From Candidatus Bathyarchaeota archaeon (GTDB lineage Archaea > Thermoproteota > Bathyarchaeia > Bathyarchaeales > Bathycorpusculaceae): a stretch of DNA of 64,000 bases. The position numbers and the translations under genes were made by a program. Numbering within the stretch: position 1 is the stretch's first letter; each line of letters begins with the position of its first letter. Below the pieces are notes generated by a model. It saw nothing but the letters and a program-made list of their open reading frames with translations, made no database searches and was not told the DNA's origin. Shown here piece after piece: positions 1 through 9,863 of this stretch. The DNA lies in NCBI GenBank assembly GCA_963775895.1, contig CAVZKL010000011.1:32001-96000 (forward strand). Direction: 5' to 3'.

Positions 1-368
1 TCGAGGGTCGCCCATTTTTTTCGCTGAATCCAACCAAGTGCTATGGGGACAGACTGCTTTTCCAGTCTGGCTTTTTCGATTATCTTGGCAAGCGGGGCCT
101 GACCGCCTAATTCTTCTATTGCGTTTGACATTTGTCTCTCTGGGAGCGCTTTCTCGGCATACGATTTGCCTTCAGCGTTGAGTCTTATCGCGGTCTGTTT
201 TTTTTCATGGATTTGAACAAGGTTTTTTTCTTTCAATGTTAATGCTGCGCGCATCACTGCAGCGTCTGGAAGTCCACTCTGTTTTATCAATTCGTCAGCT
301 GATGCTTTGCCGCCCAAGCTCGCGAGAGTTGAAAGTGTTTTTGTTTCGTGTTCTCTTAGCTCAACCAT
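1..368 (-). CDS. pheS: phenylalanyl-tRNA synthetase alpha subunit, N-terminal part (runs off window)
   Basis: Own translation from ATG at 368: MVELREHETKTLSTL...IRLNAEGKSYAEKALPERQ...IALGWIQRKKW. Matches the archaeal PheS N-terminal winged-helix region (L..EG..Y....LPE); divergent from trpS. Confidence 0.8.
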   Translation of the reverse strand, partial: MVELREHETKTLSTLASLGGKASADELIKQSGLPDAAVMRAALTLKEKNLVQIHEKKQTAIRLNAEGKSYAEKALPERQMSNAIEELGGQAPLAKIIEKARLEKQSVPIALGWIQRKKWATL

Positions 369-650
369 CGTTTTGCCCTTCACCAGTGTGATGAACTGGA
401 ATCGGTAATCTAGTTACGCGAGTCACAATAAAAGTGTGTATCTTCTCCGATGCTCTTTGGCTAGAAGTAGCGCGTCTGTTCAACGAAATTGGCAGGGCAT
501 CACGGATCCACTGCAATGAAACAGCTGGCACCATATTTATGCCTTGTTCCATGGATTTGCATGTGGAAGATCATGTCACGCGTCTCACGCAAGATTTAAT
601 ACGTTTTCATCTTATTGTAATAGAGCTAAGCTAATTGGACGGCTTCAAGT

Positions 651-1782
651 TTGGCTGATGAAGAAAAGAATGAAATGGTCGTTACACCTTGGGAAGTCAG
701 GGGAAAGGTTGACTACGAACGTCTGATCCGCGAGTTCGGAACGCAGCCTTTGACAGAGGAACTTCGACAGCGACTCGCCAAGTACATGGGCAGCGTCCAC
801 ATCCAACTGCGAAGAGAACTATTCTTTTCTCACAGAGATTTGGATGCGGTGCTTGACCTGTACGAGAAGGGCGTCAAGTTCGTGTTGTACACCGGGCGGG
901 GTCCTTCAGGTCCAGTTCACATAGGACACTTGGTTCCTTGGATATTCACTAAGCACCTCCAAGAAGCGTTTGGTACGAGACTTTATTTTCAAATGACCGA
1001 TGATGAAAAATTCGTAATTGATGATGAGCGAGTCTTGTCCGAGACAACGAAGTTGGCTTATGACAACGCTTTGGATCTGATTGCCCTCGGCTTTGAACCG
1101 AAGAACACCTTCATTATTTATGATGTTCAAGACATCGATTTGCTCTACGACATCGCGTTAGAAGTGGCTAAACGCATAACCTATTCTACGGCGCGGTCAA
1201 CGTTCGGCTTTCAAGACAGCACTAACCTTGGCTGGATATTCTACCCTGCAGTGCAAGCTGTTCCCTGCTTCATCCACAAGAAGCTGACGGGCGAAAACGT
1301 TCCTGCCCTTATACCTGCGGCCATAGATCAAGATCCCTTTTGGAGGATCACGCGTGATATCGCTGCCAAGATAGGTTGCTATAAGCCAGCGCAAATTCAC
1401 AACCGATTTCTCGCCAGGTCTCGGCGTGGGTGGGAAAATGAACGCTTCAGAACCCGAAACCGCCATCTTCACAACCGACGCTCCCGAACTCGTGAAACAG
1501 AAGATTTGGAGAGCGTTCACAGGGGGAAAAGGAACAGTGGCCGAGCAGAAAAAGTTGGGCGCCGACCCAGACGTGTGCACGGTGTTCCAGTATTTTCTCT
1601 ATCTGTTTGAGGAAGATGACAAGAAACTTGCAGAAAGAAACAGACGTTGCAAGGCCGGCGAGGTTCTGTGCGGAGACTGCAAGAAAGATCTGACTGAAAG
1701 GGTGAACAAGTTTCTGGGTGAACACCAGAAAAGACGTGAAAAAGCAAAGAGCACGATAGACAAGTTCCACATCAAAAGATAG
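651..1782 (+). CDS. trpS: tryptophanyl-tRNA synthetase, archaeal type (frameshift near 1412)
   Basis: VTPWEV, LYTGRGPSGPVHIGH, AIDQDPFWR; after one extra base the frame continues PGLGVGGKMNAS (KMSKS-like) to the stop at 1782. Confidence 0.95.
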
Positions 1783-1873
1783 GTCGAAAACCATGCGTCA
1801 GAGGACGGAAAAGCTGAAATTCAAATCGTATTTGCTTATGCATTTCTATGAGTGCAAGAGTGAAGTGTGACTT

Positions 1874-2779
1874 ATGAGTGAGCTGGACAAGGAAGCTCTG
1901 AGTAAACTTCAGCTTTCAGGCAAGATTCTGCGCGAAACTCGCGAAGAAATGAAAAATTACGTGCGGGAAGGAATGCCGATCATAGAAATCTGCGAAAAAG
2001 CAGAGAATCTGATCAGGCAGAAAGGTGCAAAGCCCGCGTTTCCATGCAACGTTTCTGTGAACGAGGTCGCTGCGCATTACACTTCCCCGCCTAATGACAC
2101 TAAGAGAATTCCCGAGGGCTCGGTGGTGAAAGTTGACATTGGCGCACATGTTGACGGTTACTTGACGGATACAGCGGTTACGGTGTGTTTTAACCCCGAG
2201 TATGTGAGCATGGTGGAAACGGCTGAGCGGGCTTTGAAAGTGGCGGTAGAGAATATTCGCCCAGGAGTATCAACCTCAAAGCTAGGGTCAATAATCGAGG
2301 CTACAATAAAATCAAGAGGCTTCAAACCGATTTCTAACCTCACGGGGCATCAGGTTGGCCGTTACATCGTACACACGGGCACGTCCCTGCCGAACGTATC
2401 ACAGCTGTTCTCTTCAAAGCTCAAGCTCGGAGGAACTTATGCCGTTGAACCTTTCGTAACGCTTCCGAATGCTGTTGGAAGAGTAGAAGATGGTGATGAA
2501 GCCGCGATCTTTCGTTTTATCAAGTCCAGATCACTGAAGAACGCCTATGCAAGGCAGCTTTTGAAGTACGTTGAAAGCAACTTCCGAACACTTCCTTTCG
2601 CTGAACGTTGGTTGCAAAACGTCGTGCCTGGAGAGAGTTATGGAAATGCTTTCCGTGAACTGTTGGCTTCAAAGTGTCTTATGCAGTATCCTGTTTTTGT
2701 TGAAGCCAGTGGAAAAACGGTTGCTCAGGCTGAACACACAGTCATTGTCGTAGAGGACGGGTGTGCCGTTCTAACCTAA
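1874..2779 (+). CDS. map: methionine aminopeptidase type II
   Basis: PAFPCNVSVNEVAAHY, KVDIGAHVDG, NLTGH, AVEPF, AQAEHT motifs. Confidence 0.95.
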   Translation: MSELDKEALSKLQLSGKILRETREEMKNYVREGMPIIEICEKAENLIRQKGAKPAFPCNVSVNEVAAHYTSPPNDTKRIPEGSVVKVDIGAHVDGYLTDTAVTVCFNPEYVSMVETAERALKVAVENIRPGVSTSKLGSIIEATIKSRGFKPISNLTGHQVGRYIVHTGTSLPNVSQLFSSKLKLGGTYAVEPFVTLPNAVGRVEDGDEAAIFRFIKSRSLKNAYARQLLKYVESNFRTLPFAERWLQNVVPGESYGNAFRELLASKCLMQYPVFVEASGKTVAQAEHTVIVVEDGCAVLT

Positions 2780-3198
2780 ACTCGTACGTGTTCTTTTTCT
2801 TTGTCTTTTACTTCTCTGTAAATCGCGGTGATGAGCATTTTGTCGTTGCATTTTTGGCAGGGTTCGCCTTCTTTGAATATGTAGTCTCCTCTCTGAAACT
2901 CTCTGACGTTCTTGAAGCCACATTTCTTGCATTCAATTGTCGTCACTACTGGAGGAACCACAATCCTCATTTTTGCCAGTCTCCTGCGTGTCTGGAAAAG
3001 CACGTAGGTGGACAATGCGACTCCGAGGAATCCAAGGAGCAGAAGAACCGACGCGGCTTCCGAGCTTTGATCAATCGTGCTTATCCCGAATATCAGCGCA
3101 ACGAACGATAACGCAAGTGTTACGAAAACCACAATTAACAGAAATGAGGATATTCTTGTCGTTGGGGCTGTTCCTTCAGTCTTGCTCATCTCATTCAT
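2776..3198 (-). CDS. hypothetical membrane protein, 2 TM helices plus C-terminal Zn ribbon
   Basis: Two hydrophobic segments, then CKKC...REFQRGDYIFK...CQKC; directly downstream of the DUF1512 gene. Confidence 0.75.
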   Translation of the reverse strand: MNEMSKTEGTAPTTRISSFLLIVVFVTLALSFVALIFGISTIDQSSEAASVLLLLGFLGVALSTYVLFQTRRRLAKMRIVVPPVVTTIECKKCGFKNVREFQRGDYIFKEGEPCQKCNDKMLITAIYREVKDKEKEHVRV

Positions 3199-3201
3199 CT
3201 C

Positions 3202-4368
3202 CTACTGTCCAATTCCGATCGTGTTACCAATGCCGGCGATGATGATCTTGTCGCCCTCTTTTGTCCTTTCCATGACAACCTCTTTTATCCTGTCGAGCAC
3301 CGTGTTGATCGAGTCGAATATCTCTTTGCGCATGGGTGAAACGGCGTCCCCCGTGTCTTCTTTAACTATCACCGCGTTTATCGGGATGTGATACTTAACG
3401 AGTTTCTCTTCAATCTTGTACTGGTCAACGCCTGGACCACCGATCGCTGCACCTACGCCTTCGGCAACTTCTCCAAGTTCCTCGCCTTCAAGCTTCAGCG
3501 CGGCGTCGATCATCACCACCATCGCGACTTTCCCTTCGTTTTCTTCGATAACTTTCTCTATGGCGTCGCCTGGTTTGCCAACGTTTCCTCCTGGTCCCTC
3601 GGCTTTTATGACGAAGGCTGTACGTCCTTCAAAGGGGATGGTTGAAACCACGCAGTCCTTCTCGAGTTTGCGCGTCTCGTGACCATGCATTAGCCCTGCT
3701 GCTACGAGTGCGCCTGCGCCGTCGCCTATCGGCTGACCATACGCAAAGGCTTTCAGTGCGCTTGCATAGGCTTCTGCTTCTTTCATTATCATTGGTAAAA
3801 TCATTTGTATCTGCATGATGATGTAGAGGCTGAGAGTTTTCTTGCCCAACAAATAGAAATGTCTTATCACTTTGTAGATGAAGTTCAGGGCCATCGCAGC
3901 CTCTAGGGTGTTCTCCAAGTTATTTGCCTGAGTCTCGTCTGCAGCCGGAGCCATCAGCTTCACCTCGTCTTTGAGGCGCGCGTCTCTGACGTCCAGTATG
4001 TGCTCTAGTTTCCAGACTACTCCAGCGGGATCCAAGGTTTGTGGGGTGATTGTGAAGTACTCTAGAAACCTGTCAACTTTTGCTGCAGGGTCGGTCTGAG
4101 GTTTCCCGATCTCTTTTATCGTTTCTATAGCGATCTTGCGTCCTTCTTCTTTGATGTACTTCAGTTTGTAGAGTGAACCTTCAACTTCTCTGATCATGAC
4201 GTAAGTTTGAATTCTGTTTCCGTAGAAGATGAAAACTACGAATATGACGTAGAAGAGCACGTTAAGAATCCAGCTTATGCTACTGTCACCTAGGAGTCCT
4301 TGGCCAATTTGGCTCTGTATCGCCAACATTATCGCTGCGATGGTCACAAACTCACCTTCGGAACACAC
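3202..4368 (-). CDS. DUF1512 family protein
   Basis: N-terminal TM; PIGDGAG, KAEGPG, IDAALKLEGE, GIGNTIGIGQ C-terminus typical of this archaeal family. Start codon uncertain. Confidence 0.85.
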   Translation of the reverse strand: MCSEGEFVTIAAIMLAIQSQIGQGLLGDSSISWILNVLFYVIFVVFIFYGNRIQTYVMIREVEGSLYKLKYIKEEGRKIAIETIKEIGKPQTDPAAKVDRFLEYFTITPQTLDPAGVVWKLEHILDVRDARLKDEVKLMAPAADETQANNLENTLEAAMALNFIYKVIRHFYLLGKKTLSLYIIMQIQMILPMIMKEAEAYASALKAFAYGQPIGDGAGALVAAGLMHGHETRKLEKDCVVSTIPFEGRTAFVIKAEGPGGNVGKPGDAIEKVIEENEGKVAMVVMIDAALKLEGEELGEVAEGVGAAIGGPGVDQYKIEEKLVKYHIPINAVIVKEDTGDAVSPMRKEIFDSINTVLDRIKEVVMERTKEGDKIIIAGIGNTIGIGQ

Positions 4369-4430
4369 TACTATCGGTCAGTTATAAGTTTTGGGTAATT
4401 CTCTGCCAAATTGACAGGTCAATTTGCAGT

Positions 4431-4556
4431 GGGGGTACCAGCTTTCCCGGGTTGACATGGCCGAAGACCATACTACAGCCGGAAACGGAGCGTGGTTTAA
4501 CTTCTGAGTTCGGTATGGGATCAGGTGGGACCCGCGCCCTATGGCCGGCGAACCCC
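4431..4556 (-). rRNA. rrf: 5S rRNA, unlinked from 16S/23S
   Basis: Reverse strand reads GGGGTTCGCCGGCCATAGGGCGCGGGTCCCACCTGATCCCATACCGAACTCAGAAGTTAAACC...GCTGGTACCCCC; conserved CCCAT.CCGAAC...GAAGTTAA core and paired termini. Confidence 0.93.
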
Positions 4557-4661
4557 AGAGTACACGGCAACCTTCTCCTCATAAGCTTATCGCTCCAACA
4601 CGGTGCATCTCTTCGAATTCTCTGCCGTGAGGAAACAACTCTGTCAACCACGCAATAACGC

Positions 4662-4673
4662 ATATATTTAAAA
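4662..4673 (+). promoter_or_regulatory. TATA box upstream of tRNA-Trp
   Basis: ATATATTTAAAA about 30 nt upstream of the tRNA 5' end, between the divergent 5S rRNA and tRNA genes. Confidence 0.55.
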
Positions 4674-4701
4674 TCAGGAATGTCTTTCTCAATACAGCCG
4701 T

Positions 4702-4863
4702 GGGGTCGTAGTCTAGGCAGGTATGACGACGGGCTCCAGAAATCCAGAATGTGTAGAAAAGTGGAGTCGATGCGTAAGCGACAATGACGAAATTCTGGCG
4801 CGGTCATACTTACCACAGGGAGAAACCCGTAGGTCCCCCGTTCAAATCGGGGCGGCCCCACCA
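4702..4863 (+). tRNA. tRNA-Trp(CCA) with an ~85-nt intron at position 37/38 (4740-4824) and encoded CCA end
   Basis: Acceptor stem GGGGTCG/CGGCCCC-A-CCA; anticodon stem ACGGG/CCCGT; anticodon CCA 4736-4738; T loop GTTCAAAT; BHB-type central helix CTCC/GGAG with 3-nt bulge AAA. Confidence 0.93.
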
Positions 4864-5075
4864 ATAGCCTTTTTCCGCGAAAATGGAAAAATTGATGCTA
4901 CGCTTAAGAAAGCGCGTCAGAACAACTATTCTTGGCAGGTTTCTCGCGCTCTCAGAACGGCGACGAAGAAACAACATAGCTTCATCAGGCTTGGAATACT
5001 TAAATAACGACGCGCAATCCAAGTCTGTCTGAATGTGTCAGTTGACTCTGGTCCGTGGTGCAGAGAGTGAACAAA

Positions 5076-6041
5076 ATGAGAGTTCTGATTTCTTTTGATT
5101 TGCCAGAAATCGACGTTCAGAAGATCAAAAGTGTTTCCCGGAGCCTTGAAGTTTTGCAGAGCAAAGACAGGGAAGAGGCTTTGCGTCTCATCGAGGATGC
5201 AGACGTACTGTTTGCTGGTTTCTTCTCGAGAGACCTGTTCCTCGCAGCGCGAAGGCTGAAATGGATCCAAGCGTGGGGGGCCGGCGTTGACAGGTTGCTT
5301 CTTCCAGAAGTAGTGAAGAGCCGGGTAGTAGTGACTAACGCCGGAGGCGTCCATCCCACACCGATCTCCGAACACGTCATCGGATTGATGCTCTGTTTCA
5401 GCCGAAAACTGCATTCGTTCATCAGGAACCAGATCCAGAGGAAATGGGAACGATACGAATCGTCGGAATCAATAGAACAGATTGAGGAGTTGTCAGGCAA
5501 AACCGTTGGGATAGTGGGACTCGGTAGAATAGGAACGGAAATAGCGAAAAAAGCGAAATGTCTTGGGATGACAGTGGTCGCAACAAAAAGAGACTCATCT
5601 CGCTCCACGTCAACTCACGTCGATCGACTTCTTCGTTCCACTGATCTGAATAAGCTACTCGCTGAATCAGATTTTGTCGTTCTTTCGTTGCCCCTTACTG
5701 AAGAGACGCAAGGGATGATTGGAGAATCACAACTGAAAAACATGAAGCCTACCGCTTACCTCATCAATGTAAGCAGAGGAAAAATAGTTCAAGAAAACAA
5801 GCTCATCAAAGCACTGAAACAAGAATGGATTGCAGGAGCTGGTCTAGACACTTTTGAGAACGAACCCCTGCCTGAGAACAGCGAACTCTGGGGCTGCAAA
5901 AACGTGATAATAACCCCCCACGTCGCAGGGCAAACACCCTATTACATGGAACGTTTGACAAACATTTTCTGTGAAAACCTAAAAAAGTTCATTCACAAAG
6001 AACCTTTAATCAACGTAGTGGACAAGACTCTCGGATACTGA
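5076..6041 (+). CDS. D-2-hydroxyacid dehydrogenase family protein
   Basis: GAGVD, GIVGLGRIG Rossmann motif, INVSRG, LDTFENEPLP, ITPHVAG. Confidence 0.92.
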   Translation: MRVLISFDLPEIDVQKIKSVSRSLEVLQSKDREEALRLIEDADVLFAGFFSRDLFLAARRLKWIQAWGAGVDRLLLPEVVKSRVVVTNAGGVHPTPISEHVIGLMLCFSRKLHSFIRNQIQRKWERYESSESIEQIEELSGKTVGIVGLGRIGTEIAKKAKCLGMTVVATKRDSSRSTSTHVDRLLRSTDLNKLLAESDFVVLSLPLTEETQGMIGESQLKNMKPTAYLINVSRGKIVQENKLIKALKQEWIAGAGLDTFENEPLPENSELWGCKNVIITPHVAGQTPYYMERLTNIFCENLKKFIHKEPLINVVDKTLGY

Positions 6042-6142
6042 ACCTGAAAAGCGTACCTTCAGTTCTCGCTGCGTATCGCGAATCCTTATTCTAAATTCAT
6101 AAACAGCTTAACCACCAACGCCCAAATCCACCATGCGTATTC

Positions 6143-6313
6143 ATGCAAAATCTTGGACGTATGGCAATGTGTCACGACATGAGACGTTTTGAAAGGATGG
6201 CCGAAGAGAAGAAGCGCGGCAAGAAAGAGCAGAAAGTTGATTTCGTCGTTAACGAAATGGAAGAAGTTCCACAGGCTTCCAAGACAAAAGTCAAAGAACG
6301 TGCCAGAACGTAG
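6143..6313 (+). CDS. possible small charged protein (50-56 aa)
   Basis: Own translation MQNLGRMAMCHDMRRFERMAEEKKRGKKEQKVDFVVNEMEEVPQASKTKVKERART*; fills an otherwise empty 360-bp gap. Confidence 0.4.
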   Translation: MQNLGRMAMCHDMRRFERMAEEKKRGKKEQKVDFVVNEMEEVPQASKTKVKERART

Positions 6314-6405
6314 CGAGTCAACTTTCAACGATGATTAAGGCAGATTCTGAAGAAACAAGTATGCCCGATATGGTTGCATTGGAGTAAGCGTTGCCAGGGT
6401 ATTAG

Positions 6406-8769
6406 CTAGAAGCTTGCGTGCTCTGTTCTCTTGATTATTTCGTTTTGCAGATCTATACCCAGGTCGACGAAGTAGTCACTGTAACCTGCAACCCTCACTA
6501 TTAGATCCCTATATCTTTCAGGATGCTTCTGCGCATCACGCAACATTTCAGAGCTTACTACGTTGAACTGAATATGGTGACCGTCGAGTTTGAAGTAGGT
6601 GCGGACGAGCTGTCCGAGTTTGTCAATCCCAACATCATCTGCTAACAGTTGCGGCGTGAACTTCTGGTTGAGAAGTGTTCCCCCCGTTCTGACGTGATCG
6701 ATTTTCGCCACTGATTTTACCACAGCAGTCGGGCCTTTGCGGTCGGCACCTTGAACGGGTGACACTCCTTCAGAAAGAGGCTCTCCGGCTTTTCGCCCGT
6801 CAGGAGTAGCCCCAACAGCCTTTCCAAAAAATATGTGAACAGTCGTGGGCAAGAGATTGATCCTGTAGTGTCCGCCTTTAGTGTTAGGTCTTCCGTCCAC
6901 GGCTGCAAAATAAGCTTCAAAAATGTCTTTCATCACTTCGTCCGCGTAGTCATCATCGTTTCCGTATTTCGGTGTCTTATTCACAAGTCTCAGGCGCAGG
7001 TTTTCTTGTCCCTTGTAGTTAGAGTTCAGAGCCTCAATCATTTCTTTCATTGCAACGTGTTTCTTCTCGAAAACAAGGTATTTCAAAGCTGTCAACGAAT
7101 CGGTCAAGGTTCCAAGTCCGACTCCTTGAATGTAGTCCGTATTGTACCGTGCTCCGCCATCATTGTAGTCCTTGCCTTTCGCTATGCAGTCATCGATGAG
7201 AATGGACAGGAAGGGCACCGGAAGTTGTTCAGCGTACAGCCGCTCTATCACGTTGTTACCCTTAACTTTGATGTCAACAAAGTGATTGAGCTGTTTCCTG
7301 AACGCTTCAAACAGCTCTTCAAAAGACTTGAACCTCTCTGGATCTCCGGTTTCTAACCCGATTTTCTTTTCTGTTCTCGGATCTACCCCGTTATTCAGTG
7401 TGATTTCTAAAACCTTGGGCAGATTGAAGTAGCCAGTCAGAATGTAACTTTCCTTGCCGAAAGCTCCGGTTTCTACGCATCCGCTTGATCCTCCGTTTCT
7501 CGCGTCTTCGATGCGTTTCCCCTGTCTTAGAAGCTCTTGGATTATTTCGTCAGTGTTGAATATTGAAGGTTGGCCGAAACCGGTTTTTATTATTTCTATG
7601 GCTCTTCTCAAGAATCTGTCGGGCGTTTTCTTGCTGATCTGAACCATAGAACTCGGTTGGGTAAGCCTCATTTCTTCCACGACGTCAAGTATCAGGTACG
7701 AGAGTTCGTTCACTCCGTCTGATCCGTCCGCCTTGACTCCGCCTGTATTGATCAGCGCAAAGTCCGTGTAAGTACAGCTTTCTTCTGCCGTCACGCCAAC
7801 TTTGGGCGGCGCTAATTGGTTGTTGAATTTTATCCAAAAAGCCTGAAGAAGTTCCTTTGCGTCCTCCTTTGTCAGAGTGCCCCGTTTGAGATCTCCATCA
7901 TAGAACGGAAGCAGGTGCTGATCCAGCCTTCCAGGATTGAAAGCATCCCACGGATTGAGTTCAGTTATGACTCCCAGATGAATGAACCAATAATGCTGCA
8001 GTGCCTCCCAGAAGTCTCTGGGCGCATAAGCCGGGACATGCGAACAGACTGACACGATTTTTTCCAGCTCTCTTCGTCTGTCAGGATTCTTTTCCTTCTT
8101 TGCTATTTCCCTCGCACGGTCGGCATGGCGTTCGGCGTAGAGTATCAACGCGTCTGTCGCAATATTCATGGCCTTGAGTTCTTCCTGTTTTTTGTATGCA
8201 TCCGCATCTTCAAGAAAGTTCAGGTTCTGCATGCTTCTGGTTATGTCTTTTTTAAAGTCAACCAGGCCCTTTTTGTAGATTTTGTCGTCTAGGGTCGTGT
8301 GTCCTGGGGCTCTTTGTTCTAGGAATTCTGTGAACACTCCTGCTTCATAAGCGGCCTTCCATTCTTCTGACATTTTGCCGAATATGACGTCCCTCATCGA
8401 CCTGCCCTTCCAGAAGGGAATGACTTTCTCTTTGTACACTTTCTTGGTTTCCTCGTTCACGGCGTAAGGGATTTTCTTCCGTGAGTTCAGAATCTTCAGA
8501 TCTTCAAGGGTGTGACAACATATTTCAGGATACGTCGAAGTCTCCTTCGGAGCTGGACCCCTCTCGCCAACGATCAATTCTCCATCATTAATACAGATTT
8601 TCTCGTTTGCAAGCAAATGATTGAACGCAAGTGCCCTTTTCACAGGAATGGACACTTCATTGGCTATCTCACTTTCATAGAACTCTGTTATGAGAATCGC
8701 CCTCTCAGGAGAAATGTGAGGCTTAGCGCTTACACTTTGTTTCCTTAGCCTTCTGATTCTTTCGCGCAT
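6406..8769 (-). CDS. hypD: trans-4-hydroxy-L-proline dehydratase (glycyl radical enzyme)
   Basis: Close to remembered C. difficile HypD: YPEICCHT, EQRAPGH, WDAF, APPKVG..EESCTYTDF, SGCVE (Cys loop), LPTT, RVAGYS (Gly loop). Confidence 0.88.
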   Translation of the reverse strand: MRERIRRLRKQSVSAKPHISPERAILITEFYESEIANEVSIPVKRALAFNHLLANEKICINDGELIVGERGPAPKETSTYPEICCHTLEDLKILNSRKKIPYAVNEETKKVYKEKVIPFWKGRSMRDVIFGKMSEEWKAAYEAGVFTEFLEQRAPGHTTLDDKIYKKGLVDFKKDITRSMQNLNFLEDADAYKKQEELKAMNIATDALILYAERHADRAREIAKKEKNPDRRRELEKIVSVCSHVPAYAPRDFWEALQHYWFIHLGVITELNPWDAFNPGRLDQHLLPFYDGDLKRGTLTKEDAKELLQAFWIKFNNQLAPPKVGVTAEESCTYTDFALINTGGVKADGSDGVNELSYLILDVVEEMRLTQPSSMVQISKKTPDRFLRRAIEIIKTGFGQPSIFNTDEIIQELLRQGKRIEDARNGGSSGCVETGAFGKESYILTGYFNLPKVLEITLNNGVDPRTEKKIGLETGDPERFKSFEELFEAFRKQLNHFVDIKVKGNNVIERLYAEQLPVPFLSILIDDCIAKGKDYNDGGARYNTDYIQGVGLGTLTDSLTALKYLVFEKKHVAMKEMIEALNSNYKGQENLRLRLVNKTPKYGNDDDYADEVMKDIFEAYFAAVDGRPNTKGGHYRINLLPTTVHIFFGKAVGATPDGRKAGEPLSEGVSPVQGADRKGPTAVVKSVAKIDHVRTGGTLLNQKFTPQLLADDVGIDKLGQLVRTYFKLDGHHIQFNVVSSEMLRDAQKHPERYRDLIVRVAGYSDYFVDLGIDLQNEIIKRTEHASF

Positions 8770-8770
8770 G

Positions 8771-9695
8771 TCACCCTCCTCCGATTCCCACTCTTATTCC
8801 AAAGGACTCCATTTTTTCCTTCACTGACTTGATGCACTGGTCAGAAGGAGTTTGGATCTTCTTCCAGCTTGTAAGGTTTGCCAAGGTTCTTGTATTTCTC
8901 GATTCCAGCCCTATGATAAGGAAGAAGATTGACTTGTAGTATGTTGGGCAAACAACTCACGAACTCGGCTGTTCTTGTAACATTCTCTTCATCATCATTT
9001 ATGCTTGGTATCACTGGAATACTGATCACTATGCTGCTGCCATTTTCTGCCAGTTTCCTAAGGTTGCTGAGAATTCGTTCATTTGAAGCACCAGTGTATT
9101 TTCTATGTGTTTCTTCATCCATGGTTTTTATGTCGTACAGGAAAAGGTCTACCTTGTCACGTATCTTGTCGATGATTTCATAACGGGTAAACCCGCACGT
9201 ATCTACAACAGTGTGAATCGCTCTCTCTTTACACTCTTTGAGGAGTGCATGTAAGAAGTCAGGTTGCAAGAGTGGTTCTCCTCCTGAAAAAGTCACTCCC
9301 CCACCGGATTCCTCATAAAAACTCTCATCCTTCTCTATTTCTTCAAGAATTTCCTCCACTTTCATCCGCTTTCCAGCAATCGAAAGAGCATCAGATGGAC
9401 ACACGCGAGAGCACACGTCGCAGAGAACACAGTTTTTTCTGTCAATGGAAATGGATTGACCCAATGGCAATATCGTCTTTCTCTGACATTTTTCCGCGCA
9501 TTTGCCACAGCCGACGCATCTGCTCTTCCTAAAAACCAACTCAGGCTCCGAATTCTGTCCTTCTGGGTTGTGGCACCACCAGCAACGCATCGGACAACCT
9601 TTGAAAAACACCGTCGTGCGAATGCCTGGTCCATCATGAATAGCATATCTCCTGATGTCAAAGATAAGGCCTTTTTTCATGGATGCTGCCAACAT
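8771..9695 (-). CDS. glycyl-radical activating enzyme (radical SAM with ferredoxin insert; frameshift near 8862)
   Basis: HDGPGIRTTVFFKGCPMRCWWCHNPE, two CxxCxxC insert motifs, GGVTFSGGEP. The shifted frame continues KIQTPSDQ...RVGIGGG* to 8771, abutting hypD. Confidence 0.92.
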
Positions 9696-9863
9696 CTGAA
9701 AATATAATGCCGATCGCTATAGCTCTTTCTTTGGTAACACAAGAAAGGACGGTTCGTGTGATACTTGGTGTTTTACGCGTGAGTCTCTGGCTGATTTGAA
9801 AATCTCGCATTGTTTGAAAATGTTTATATCGATTCAGGGTCTATCGACTACGCTAAGATCAAA

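Noticed and set aside
4382-5022. Several ORFs over the RNA genes
   Set aside because: They overlap the 5S rRNA and tRNA-Trp; spurious.
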